This document shows, in pieces, positions 43,362 through 54,983 of a stretch of DNA of 64,000 nt. The translations under genes and the position numbers were made by a program. The stretch is from Azolla caroliniana (taxonomy: Eukaryota > Plantae > Polypodiophyta). The notes beneath the pieces were generated by a model. The model ran no database searches, was not told the origin of the DNA, and saw only the letters and a program-made list of their open reading frames with translations. The stretch spans positions 7,068,001-7,132,000 of the forward strand of contig JBHGNT010000001.1 in NCBI GenBank assembly GCA_043228905.1. Reading direction: 5' to 3'. Every line of letters begins with the position of its first letter. Positions within the stretch are counted from its first letter, which is position 1.

Positions 43362-44815
43362 TTGGGCAAATTAACATTACCTACAAGACAAAAGGTGGGA
43401 GTTATTAAAAAATTATTGTATATGCACACACGCACACAAAATACGAATAATGCAGCGTCAATATAAGATGTCGGTAATGAGATGTGCTATGATTCATGAT
43501 GATGACTAGGAGGATAACGAAATCTCCTATTGAGGAGAGTTTCAGATTGAGATTGCAATCTTGGAACGATTCAGATCTACTGTATAAATGCCACCTTGCT
43601 AGTGATGTTTTTATTTTATTTTTTGAGCCAATTTCTGTGTTGTCTGGTTAAATGGGCACGGTTGGCATTCTTTATGTGTCCTATTTAAGTTTCATTTCAA
43701 ACCTTGATTGAATGAATTTATTCAACAGTTAATGTGAGTAATAGCCAGCAAACTAATGGGCCTCCCTCTGGATTAATTGGCTCCAAAATTGGAGAGCGTG
43801 TCTATATGATCAAAGGTTTGCATATTATGGAATCTCTATTTATTTTTTTCTCTTTTTCTTTCTGTGCTAACAACGAGAGCTAATCCAAGAGAACATTGGA
43901 AACTCCATCGACAAAACCAAAATCTTGCATTTGTAACAATAAAAACATGGGATTTTAAGCATACAAAACATATTGTCCAGATCCAAAAACAAAGGCATGA
44001 GGATTTCGCTTTCGATCAAATCAAGATGTATTTATTTAAATCAATACAAGCAAGGAAGAATGGGAAAGAAGGAGGAGGAGGAGGAGGAGGAATGCCAGAA
44101 GAACCAAGAGAGATCCAAAATGGGGGTGGAAGAAAAAGGGAGGCGCAGCCAGCAATCACAAACGAGCAAATATTCAGAAAAGAGAATGGAAGCAGCAAAG
44201 TGGGGATTTACCGGGAGGAGAGGTGTCACATTCGCGGGGTCTGCTACTTTGGGTGATGATGATGATATATGATCTGGAGCACCTACGCGGCGAGGCGGCC
44301 TCCCCTGTTCCTGTTCATATTGCTATATACCCAAAGTTTGAACTATTTTCAGAAGCTTCTCTAAAGTTGGGGGGAAGGGGGGGCCGCCCCACTACTTCTA
44401 TACATATTGATATAATATTGAATCACAAACTACTAACCAACCGACCATTCCATGGATGTACATATGTACATATGTCAAACAAACAAACAAACACTTGTCA
44501 CATTGTTGGGTGGGTGTCTTGTAAATCCTTCCCTGGTGTTACTGTAATCCAATCCAATCCAATCCCGTAGTCGTAGATCACTCCCTCGAGATGCTACAAT
44601 CGCCTTCTCCTTTCCTCCCCACCTTCCTTTCCGAGGCCACCACATCATGGTCAATACTTACCCACCTATAGGCTTCCTTCGCATCCGAACACCGCCCCGC
44701 CAGTCCTTGATCTTGATCCTCGCATTCACCACCCTCTGCGAATGGTTATCGTAACCATGCATTACCCTTTCAGTCTTCGGAATATATTGGTATATGACAT
44801 GATGTCACATTATAT

Positions 44816-44849
<34 letters not shown>

Positions 44850-46228
44850 AAGCGAAAACATAATCATTGCTACCGGAGCTCTCGTTATCTGCATGGTCCG
44901 CGATGGTCATTAATCTATCGTGTGTTATTGTGACCTTTCTCAAACTATTTGATATTAAAAGTGAGAATGCACAAAAAAGAGACGGTAGCGTGAATTGTAA
45001 GAACTATTGATCATGTTGAAATCTCCATGGTTCATGACTGTCATTCATCTACCATGTGTTTGACCCTTGCTCGAGATATTTGGTATAAAATGTTAGGATT
45101 TGCACGAAAAAGAGACGGTAACTTGAATAATTAGAACTACAGATGATGAAATCTCGTTAACTAATTTGTGGTTTTTATAATACGAAAGTGTGCTATTGCG
45201 TGGAAAAAGAGTCTACATGTTGTAATTTATGGCTGCTACTACTTTGCATGTCCTCTCTTTAACTCCGGACAATCTATTATTTTGAGATGTATATTCTATG
45301 AATGTTATGTGTAAAGCCTTAATTGCGCGAGAATATGAAACTTGTATTATTTGATATCTTGGCAAGTGTATATGCTTTTGATAATCTCCTTCAACTCCCC
45401 AAATGCCCTCGACTCTTATTTCCCCAAACAAAACCCTCACTCAACCCTTGAAAGAGAGACAAAAACAAATAATTTGAGGCTTGTGTCAACAAGTTACTTA
45501 AGAACGCTAACGAAGGGAATTTGGAGAGACAATGAAACTCAGGGGCATTTGAAGGAAGGAAAAAATAGAACATATTCCAGAGTCTTTCTCTTCAAAAGAC
45601 ATAGTGAAACGCCATTATTGTAAGCTATTTATGGTTTAAATTATTAATTTATGCTTGATGCTAATTTTTCCCTTGTGTCTCTTCTCTTGTATTGTATTTT
45701 TTGCATTTTGTATTGTTGGAAAATTAGGGAACTCGCCCAACAAACCAATGGAGCTCTACTCGAATTTTTGTCGCTAACACTATTTTCCCAACGGCATAGC
45801 ATTTTAAGAAACTTCTTAGGTTACGTACGACCAACATTATTCATTGGATTATCCGTAATCGGAGTGTACAAGCTTCTTGGTTTGCCATTTTAATGAAAAT
45901 TGAATGTCAACTTACATTAGTTAGAAATGCTACTAGAATAGAATATTAAGGTACCCCAAGCATTGCTATTATGAGATACTTCTAATCACGAGGTCGTAGA
46001 TAGGGTCGTCATTGTTTGATCAAATACCTCAACCGTGCTATTATTGACTTTTATAATTAGAGGTTTAAACAAAAATCTACCTATAATAGTCTGCTAGCAT
46101 TAAATATCATTAGAATACAAGAGTACAAAACGTACACGGTTTCACATTAGCTACATATTATTAAATAATATTGACTTTATTGCGTACACCATTTCTTCAC
46201 ATATTTATCATTTTTCATTGCATAGAAG

Positions 46229-46609
46229 TAACAATCGGCAACGGTTCGGTTCAGTTTGAGAGGGTCAAAACCGAACCGTTAAATTTTTTTGAAACCTGAA
46301 CCAAACCACGAAACCGTTAAAACCGCGGTTTCAGTTTTCAACTTAGGTCAAATTTTAAAATTTTAAAATTTTAAAGTTTTAAAGATGTTCTAAAATGTGA
46401 GAATAAGGAAAAGATTGTTTAAAAACAATCTTTTAGCATTTTTTAAAATAAAAAAAATAAATTGTTAAACCACGGTTTCTAACTGTTGAAACCGAACTGA
46501 ACCGTTTTAAAAAACCTAAACCTGAACCGAACCGAGCCCAACCGTTGAAACCATTAAGCCGCAGTTTCACGGTTCGATTCGGTTCAAACCGAACCATTGC
46601 CGATTGTTA
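46229..46609. mobile_element. hAT-superfamily MITE (381 bp)
   Basis: 23-bp TIRs TAACAATCGGCAA(C/T)GGTTCGGTT with one mismatch, a perfect 8-bp TSD CATAGAAG (46221-46228 and 46610-46617), and many subterminal AACCG/CGGTT motifs around an AT-rich core. Confidence 0.92.
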
Positions 46610-48735
46610 CATAGAAGTTTTACCCAAGGACTTTCACTATTGAAGTGCTATTTGATTTCAAGCATTATTTTGAATATGACTTCTTGTCTATCCCATCTAG
46701 AAGAAGCTTGTGATTTAGAGGTTGAGGATGTATTGGTGTATGGCTTGTGCATGGAAATGGGTCAAGCCAACAATGGTCCATGTGTCGATCATTAGGAAAG
46801 GTTAAAATGGTACACATAGAGATCCTAAGGAATCAAAGGTTGTACCAAACTCACAATCCTTATCTGAGGAGGCATGACTGAGGCATGACTATTTGTCTCA
46901 CATGAGGAGGGAGTGTGATTCATAAGGGACCTGGGGAAATAATAATGATCTTTAAACAAATAGAAGATTGAAGGCAAATATCAAGGATTTTCACCAAGTC
47001 TAGAGAGTTGGTGCTTTTATTAAGTCATTTGCAAAGGCTCAAAACTTTGTGCTCTATGATGAGGGTATGATATGATCGTGACTTTCTAAAATAAGACTAC
47101 TCAATATGTACTTCTCTAAATTCAAAAAATGTTAATTGAAGGTGTAGCTTCTTTTAGGTAGCTTCATTGTTACCTAACTTACGTTGTTGTAATGCTCTCA
47201 AACTTGGTATATCTGCTCTAAAATTCCATTTATGCCTCGGGCTTCAACGTTGAGCAAGTATTGGTTGTCACCTTGTCTTTGTTATTCTAAATTGATGGTC
47301 TTGAACACGAGAGTTTTTGTTTTCTGCTAGTTTTCAAGTTGTGTATATATTTGGTGGTCTTCTTTCTTTATTATTTGTGGTGCTAAGGTTTACACAAGTT
47401 ACCAATTTGGTCATTGTGCTGTTATTTTTTCTTCAACCTAATCAACCCCTCAACTCCTTTCTGCGGTGCTCAACCTACCTTCCGAATTGGCAAACCAAAA
47501 CTTTGTTGTTCATGTGTGTTCAAGTGATGGTTGCAATGAACAATGGTAATTAAGCTATTATTACCTCCAATCACATGTAAGAGAAACAATATTGCAACAC
47601 CCACTTGTTAATGAATACTTGATGGTGCACTTATGGGGTGGTTGTTCATTCATTGATCACAGACAACGGAATCCATGTAGACTTGACATAATTAATCACA
47701 ATCAACAATTAGGGCTACATTCCAATTCGAGGATGAACACATAAACACATAATAGAAATGATACAACCACCACTTATCAATCATTCAGCTCAATCCTTTG
47801 TCATGTGAAGCAACTATTAACAGAGGATATTAGAAGAGTGAGTGGCCCATGTGATGGATGCACTTTTACAATTTCAGATCAATATCGGTTCACACTTCAT
47901 TCGGGACATGTGTATACGCAATGACGTTACAAATACGAGTAGTTTCTAATTTTTTCCAAAGAAGTGCTTGTGGGCCAAAATGAATGTGACGTGTTCTTTT
48001 CATTGATCATGGTGTAGGCCACCCTTATGATGTGAAGGTTCTTTTGCTCTCCTAGTCTTTGTTTTATTACTTGGGTATATCAGCAGGTGGGTGAGTTGTG
48101 TATGTAACTTGGTTAAATGGAGATATGTCAAGGAATTCATTGGAGATTTATTCTATGTAGCTATTTCATAGAAGAAATTTGAATATTTTTGGTCAATCTC
48201 CTTCTCCGTAGGGATTTGGAACCTCTGAAAGTGGGCAAAATCTCTACTCTTTGCAATGCATTGGGTGCACGAATCTATGCATAGAGAGATCATTGATGAC
48301 ATTAAAGTAGTACCTCCATAGGTGTTGTGGTTTTGAGTGCCCTCATTCATTTGAATGGATGAGTACTCGCATTCTCATCCCAAATCCCTTAAATTTGAAT
48401 GGATGAGTGCTCACATTCTCTCAAGCATCTCCCTCATGAGAGTGTGTTGACACATTCGTGTAATCAATTTGTTGTTTGGTGGTTTTCTTCATCTTCCTTC
48501 GATCTTCACAATAGAGAAATGTGGTGGCACTCTTCCATAATATATGCAAAAGTATGTGGCCACACTTCAATGGCAACGACCGACCATGTCAATGCGTACG
48601 AGCGAATTCTTCTTTTAAACGGCAACTTCAAGCAAGCAATGGATAGCCCATGTTGATGATTAAGTAGTGCTCATGTAAAAGAGATAGATAAAATAAGATA
48701 TGAGTGTGATATATTATACATACATACATACATAT

Positions 48736-50427
48736 TGTGGGGTGCATGTGTTCCTTTTTGTCACTCTTTTAGCACACCCTTTTTAGCATGCATGTAGCTA
48801 AGCCAACCCAAATGGGTACCTCTGTATCGACTATAAATTGAGCAATAAGTAAAACGCTAAGTATGCTACTTTTGATCTCTTATGTGCATTTCACATATTG
48901 GTGGAGATGCGGAGTAAAAATTTAACACTAACACCTTGTTCATGGTGTCCTAACTCCCTCCCGTTGCCTCCGTATCTGATACCCCTACGCATTTTGAGTT
49001 CCCGTCACCTCATGAGCAGTTGCCCCACTTTCCAAATGGAGCAGCTCTTGCAAGTCCTCTCCAACGCTATGCTTCAAATCAGCTCTTGAAATTGACCTCT
49101 GGGGTGCTAATGGAAGAGCCACACCCCCCCCCCCCCCACACACACACGTCCAAGCGTTCGCCTCTTCAATCACTCCATCCACACCATCTTGTTAGACTCT
49201 AGTATTAGTATATCTTCCATTAGCGTCGCCTTAGTTCACCAGTTAGACCTCTTGACATCCATCGCTCCTTCCATCCAAGTCCTTTTCGGCGGTCACCAAC
49301 ATCTATATCACTATCGTACGCAAGCCCATTGCACCGTCACCTTAGGCAATCTCACTTTCTCACACCACTTTTATGACGTGCCCCACTAACTCTTCGTCCT
49401 CACCTTAGGTTGCGATTGGTTCCTCAAGCGTCATGCTATAATTGATTTCATTGCCCACCAACTTCTTATCCCACGAGCTCCCACAATCCCCCTCATACAC
49501 GATAGCCTTCCTGTCCCCCACCTCAACCAAGTCCAGGTGGTCCTCAGTCCACAGGAGCGATTGATCTCTATGCGCCAATTACTAGCTCGTTTTTCATCGC
49601 TAGCCCTATCCAACTATTATCTTATCAGGGCCGCCAGTTCCACGGGGATGTCCTCAATGTCGTTGTAGCTCAACTAGGTGTCCAACAGGTGTTTACGTCC
49701 CCATACCATCCTCAGACAAATGGCCTCACCGAACGCCTCAACAAGACCCTCAAGAAGGAGATTGTCACTTACATCGATCCATGCCACAAAACCTGGGATC
49801 AAATCTTGCATTTCATCACCCACGCCTACAACATATCCGTACAGGCGTCGACACGGATCAACCCGTTCCGAGCACTCTATGGGCATGACCCTCGCCTCCC
49901 ACCATAATCGTCCATTGATGTCCATTCCAAACTTACCAACATGGATAGTGCCACTTGAGGGCTCTATCTGGACCAACAGATGCTCCGAGCTAGCTCCCGA
50001 AACCTACAAGTTGCACACTAGCGCCAGAAGCATGCACCACAACTTGTTAACCGTAGTTCATGCCATCAGATCCACCACACACTTGCTTCGACGCGATTCC
50101 AACGGCCGATTTACCTCCTCCCACATTGCCAGCATCAAGCCTAATGCCACCCTAGGCCCATCTTCTCACCCCCGTCCTTTCCCCATGTCGTAAACCTCAT
50201 TGTTTCCCTCAGAGGGGAAATGTGGTGTGCATGTGTTCCTTTGTGCCACTCATTTAGCACACCATTTTTAGCATACATGTACCTAAGCCAACCCACCCTT
50301 TTAGCACACCCTTTTTAGCATGCATGTAGCTAAGCCAACCCAAATGGGTACCTTTGTATTGACTATAAATTGAGCAAGAAGTAAGAAGCTATGTAGGTTG
50401 GTTTTGATCTCTTATGTGCATTTCACA
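48736..50427 (+). mobile_element. Non-autonomous mini Gypsy LTR retrotransposon (1.7 kb) with protease and integrase remnants
   Basis: 5' LTR 48736-48895 and 3' LTR 50221-50427 (both TGTGG...TTTCACA). PBS TGGTGGAGATGCGG (48899-48912) is complementary to the tRNA-Ala 3' end. PPT AGAGGGGAAA at 50211-50220. Remnants LLDSSISISSIS...LGCDWF (protease) and SPYHPQTNGLTERLNKTL...AYN...PFRALYG (integrase). Flanks ATAT/ATAT. Confidence 0.88.
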
Positions 50428-51360
50428 ATATATATGTACGTATGTACATGTATATATATTCACATTGCCTCAATAACTGAAAGCTAGAGGCTCTAAATAA
50501 ACAAAACTATCATGTTTTTGCCATACATGTTTCCAAACGTATTAGTAAATCATTTGGCAAACTTTTTTGGAGTCAATCTTGAGCCTTAAGAGTTGGAAAT
50601 ATTCCCCACCACCAATACCAAAAACAACTTTTTGGAACAACTTTTAACAACAAAGAAAGGAAGATAAGGGTTTTTAAGGGGGCAAATTGGCCCCATGATT
50701 CATGAGAGAGACCCAACAAGAGAGAGAGGGATCACATCTTTAAGTTCTCTCCGATGACAACAAAAAGCTTACAATGGTCTCACTCCACACCATTGTCTTA
50801 AATATTATTTGAATAAGCCTACAAGCATTCTAATCTTAGATACTTAAGTTCCGTTATATAATGGCTCTTTCTAAACCTCAAGAATCCAAACCTGATTACT
50901 TACTTTCGTACCAATCTTTTATCTTTTACGGGTCCATCCTACCCATTTACTTCGTATCCTGTTTCAATTTAAGGCATCCAGCACATCACTCATCAAATCA
51001 TAAGCCTTTTGCACAAACGTTTTGAATTGTTTAGGAATCACTTGGAAAATGCTGAAAATTCTGGCACTAGTCTAAATCTTGTGATTTTGGTGGAATACTT
51101 AGGAATGGTGGCAAACGGGGAGCTTATAGAGTTGGTTGGCAAATTATAAGGAGATCCGAAGAATTCAAAACATTAGTTCGGACGTAGTAGACCATAAATA
51201 TAATAATGAAACCTTATGTATTCCTCACATAAATTGTCAATTGTACAATGAGGGGCTCAGAAACCTTGAGTGCACTAGAGTTATGAAATTATAAAGGATA
51301 AAACAATACATGGACTTAGAGTGATCCACAATACAACAGTCTACTTATTATGTGATGCCG

Positions 51361-51410
51361 AAATGAAATAATGAAATAATGAAATAATGAAATAATGAAA
51401 TAATGAAATG
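51361..51410. repeat. (AAATAATG)n octamer repeat downstream of ACA copy 2
   Basis: About five perfect units are visible. Confidence 0.85.
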
Positions 51411-51578
51411 ATGGTGTAACACCCATTGCTGAGGTGCATTTTTCTCGTGGGAATGTTCCTTCATGGGAGCTTGGACAAATCATAGAGCCAATACCAATGA
51501 ATCTATGCATGTTTCGCTCATCCAAGTATATAATGATGTCTCAGAAAGTTGCCTTGGCATCTATATCCTATCTGATCA

Positions 51579-54500
51579 TCATAAACTCTTGCTTGTTGAT
51601 CCTTTCTCCATGCTCTCATCGATGTTTTGTCCCTCGATCTCCTGAGTTTGGGGCTTCTTCTTCTTCTTCAATCGGCGAGACTTTATCACCAAAATCGGCT
51701 TCTTGGGCACTGGGATGAATTTCGTGACAAATGCAAGTGGCCAACTCACCGAACCGATCAATACACTTATCAACCAATATTTCCAATCAAGCCCCACAGT
51801 AGAAGCGAACTTGTTCAAGAACTGAACTATAATCGCTTGAAATACAATGGAAATGCCCACAATCCCTACAAAGAGCCAACTAGTAAAGATCCCTTTAAAC
51901 ACATTCTTCTCCTCAAGCTTCCTTGCATTCACCTCATTGAAGAGCTGACAAAAAACAAAGGCATTGAATATGACAGTTTTATTGATTTTAGCTGCATCTT
52001 TGTCACCCTTCAAGCCCAACAATTCCTCCCCTCGGAACTGCAGTACAAGCAACACTATGACTTGATAACTAGCTTGAGACAGTATGTTCCTCCACATTAT
52101 ATTGGAAATCAGGGGATCAACCACTTTGATGGGTGGCCTTTCTAGTAGGGCATCGGTGGGTCTTTCAGTGGCAAGGGCAAGAGCACCTAATGTATCCATG
52201 ATCAGGTTGACCCATAACAATTGGACGGCAGTCAAGGGCACATCACCCGCTGACATGGCAGCGATAAAATTAATGGTGAGAGCAGCCACATTTACGGTTA
52301 GCTGAAACTGAATGAATTTCTGTATATTCAAGTAAACGGATCGGCCCCATCGCACCACTTTGACGACCGAAACAAAGTTGTCGTCCATGATGATGATGTC
52401 GGAGCTCTCTTTGGCAACTTCCGTGCCTTGGATTCCCATCGAGAGACCAATGTCGGCCTCCCGAAGAGCCGGGGCATCATTCGTGCCATCCCCAGTCACA
52501 CCCACAACTTCCCCAAGATCTCTCAATGTTCTCACCATCAATAGCTTATCGGTGGGCGAAGACCTCGCCATCACAGTGATCCTTGACACCTCCCGCTTCC
52601 TTTCTTCATCGGAATAGTTACGGAACGTGACCCCATCGATGGCCACATCGCCTTCCTTGAGAATTCCACACTCTGTCGCTATGGCCTTGGCCGTCATTAT
52701 GTTATCCCCAGTGATCATCCGAACCTTGATACCAGCAGCCTGGCATCGGCGCACTGCCTCGGGAACCTCGGGTCGGCACGGGTCTTTGATTCCTATGATC
52801 GCCAAGAGGGTCAGAGGCCCTTCGGGCATTTTCCACTCAGTCTCGTCTTGACCGGCCGCAGGGATCTGGGCAGGGTCACTCAACTCCATGTAGCCGAAAG
52901 CTAAACATCTCAAGCTTTCGGCAGCCATGCCTTCGATGACATTCATCAAATGGATCTTCTCCTCCATGGTGATGGCGAGGGTCGAGTTATCGGGGCATAA
53001 GATCTTGTCGCTGTGGCTCAGTATGATTTCGGCCGCGCCTTTCCAATGCACATGCACTTTGCCGGTACCCGTAACCCTAACCGCCACGCCGGCTTTCTTC
53101 TTAAGTGAATTGAAAGACTCAACTTGGAGGGTTGTGGAGAGGGACTTGACAAACGAGAAGTCCATGCCCATCCCTAGGCCCCACATCAAGGCAGCCTTCT
53201 CTGTGGGAGACCCAGTTACCTCTTTCTCTCCCCCTTCCGAAGGCACGAACACACTGCCATTGCTGTTATGTGCAATGCCCTCAAACAGCAAATCATAGTA
53301 GTCCTTGTGAAGCGTTTCCTCCTGCATCACAGGATCTCTCATCCCCCCAGCCACCCAAGCTTTCACCACAGACATCTGATTCAATGTCAATGTTCCAGTC
53401 TTGTCGCTACATATGGTAGTGGCGCTACCCATGGTCTCGCAAGCCGACAGCCTCCTCACAAGGGCCTTATCAGCGATCATCTGCTTCATCGCATATGCCA
53501 AAGTGAGCGTGACTGCGAGCGGGAGGCCCTCTGGCACTGCAACCACGATGATGGTTACCGCGATCGCGAAGATCTCCACTACACTATTGAAAGCCTCCAT
53601 TGCACCGGTTTTCCCGGCCTTGAACTTCAAATCCCCCGATCCCTTGGTGTGGCCCGCAAAGTAGAAGATGAGGAGCACGACAAACACAGTCACGGCCACG
53701 GAAAGACCGACTTTCCCGATAAATGTAGCGGCACCATTCAATCGTACTTGGAGCGGGGTCTCTTCATCTGTATCATCACCGATTGCCGCCATCAGTTGAC
53801 CCCATTCGGTAGTCATCCCCACCGAAGTGACCACCATAGTGGCACTGCCATCACCCACCTTGCCACCTGATAACAAGTAGGGGAACTTAGGGTGAACATG
53901 TATAGGCTCACTCTCCCCGGTAAGGCTCGATTGATCTATGTATAGAGAATGCCCTTCTACGAGCAGCCCGTCGGCCGGAACTTGATCCCCAATGTTGAGA
54001 ATCACAATGTCACCCACCACTATCTCAAAGATGGACACTTCTTTCCTCCTCCCGCCACGGACAACTTCGACTTGGATGTTCCTTTTCTCGTCATTTAAAG
54101 CCGCAAACTGAAGAGATTGGCGGTAATCGCTAATGGATGTGACCGTTATGACGAGGAGTACGGCAAAGCCGATGCTAGTACCTTCATACCATCCATCGTT
54201 TATGCCATGGGTCTTGATGCCTAATGCCGTTGTAATCACAGCACAAACCATGAGGATGATGAGAGTAAGATCTTTGCATGCATCCAAGGCGAAGGACCAG
54301 AAGCTTTTCATTGGTTGCTTAGGGTATGTGTTGGGACCAAAATCTTTCCTTCGGGATTCCAGCTCTTGGAAATCGTCGGGGACACCATTTTCGGGGCTTG
54401 TTTTCACGAATTCGATGACTGCTTCGACCCCACCCAACTGCTTGAGGTTTTCGACGTTGTGATCTTGTACTAAGCTCGCTAGTGTAGCCGGGTTTATCTC

Positions 54501-54983
54501 CTGTTTCGGGGATTTGACCATTTTCCTGAACTGATGGAGCGCGCCAAGCACATTGACAGTTGCTTGGAGCTTCTTGAGGTTTCGATCTCTTCTAAGCTTG
54601 GCAAGGTCGGCGGTGTAGCGGAATCGCCGGGCGACATTGAGTACCAGCGTAGCTTTTCTCCACCGTTGAAGGCTCGAGACAGGGGTGTGCTTATTGGGAA
54701 TAAAGAAGATGTCTCGTGAACTCGTATCATCATCATCATCATCATCATCATGATTAGTAGCCTCATCTTTTAGCCATGATGCATCATTTGATATGGTGGA
54801 GTTGATATAATTAGGAATAGAGAAGGTGTCCTGATCTTGTGGATCACTTTCATCATGGCCATCATCATCTAACCTGTAGGATTTAGTATTGTCCTGCACG
54901 GATTGTGTTCCGTCTAATTGCAGAGCTAGTTCGCGGTGATCGTCATTCGAATGAGTTGCTTCTTCCCCATGCATTTGAACCAT
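51579..54983 (-). CDS. ACA: Autoinhibited P2B-type Ca2+-ATPase (ACA8/9/10-like), intronless, copy 2. The probable start is ATG 54983; the ORF track start at 55028 is not an ATG
   Basis: Same motif set as copy 1 (RWRKATLVLNVARRFRYTADL, PEGL, CSDKTGTLT, GDGTNDAP). It is colinear with and highly similar to copy 1 but has longer N- and C-termini. Confidence 0.96.
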   Translation of the reverse strand: MVQMHGEEATHSNDDHRELALQLDGTQSVQDNTKSYRLDDDGHDESDPQDQDTFSIPNYINSTISNDASWLKDEATNHDDDDDDDDTSSRDIFFIPNKHTPVSSLQRWRKATLVLNVARRFRYTADLAKLRRDRNLKKLQATVNVLGALHQFRKMVKSPKQEINPATLASLVQDHNVENLKQLGGVEAVIEFVKTSPENGVPDDFQELESRRKDFGPNTYPKQPMKSFWSFALDACKDLTLIILMVCAVITTALGIKTHGINDGWYEGTSIGFAVLLVITVTSISDYRQSLQFAALNDEKRNIQVEVVRGGRRKEVSIFEIVVGDIVILNIGDQVPADGLLVEGHSLYIDQSSLTGESEPIHVHPKFPYLLSGGKVGDGSATMVVTSVGMTTEWGQLMAAIGDDTDEETPLQVRLNGAATFIGKVGLSVAVTVFVVLLIFYFAGHTKGSGDLKFKAGKTGAMEAFNSVVEIFAIAVTIIVVAVPEGLPLAVTLTLAYAMKQMIADKALVRRLSACETMGSATTICSDKTGTLTLNQMSVVKAWVAGGMRDPVMQEETLHKDYYDLLFEGIAHNSNGSVFVPSEGGEKEVTGSPTEKAALMWGLGMGMDFSFVKSLSTTLQVESFNSLKKKAGVAVRVTGTGKVHVHWKGAAEIILSHSDKILCPDNSTLAITMEEKIHLMNVIEGMAAESLRCLAFGYMELSDPAQIPAAGQDETEWKMPEGPLTLLAIIGIKDPCRPEVPEAVRRCQAAGIKVRMITGDNIMTAKAIATECGILKEGDVAIDGVTFRNYSDEERKREVSRITVMARSSPTDKLLMVRTLRDLGEVVGVTGDGTNDAPALREADIGLSMGIQGTEVAKESSDIIIMDDNFVSVVKVVRWGRSVYLNIQKFIQFQLTVNVAALTINFIAAMSAGDVPLTAVQLLWVNLIMDTLGALALATERPTDALLERPPIKVVDPLISNIMWRNILSQASYQVIVLLVLQFRGEELLGLKGDKDAAKINKTVIFNAFVFCQLFNEVNARKLEEKNVFKGIFTSWLFVGIVGISIVFQAIIVQFLNKFASTVGLDWKYWLISVLIGSVSWPLAFVTKFIPVPKKPILVIKSRRLKKKKKPQTQEIEGQNIDESMEKGSTSKSL

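Noticed and set aside
51579-51593. ACA copy 2 ends in SKSL, resembling a peroxisomal PTS1
   Set aside because: The terminal tripeptide is KSL, not SKL, and PTS1 import does not apply to multi-pass membrane pumps.
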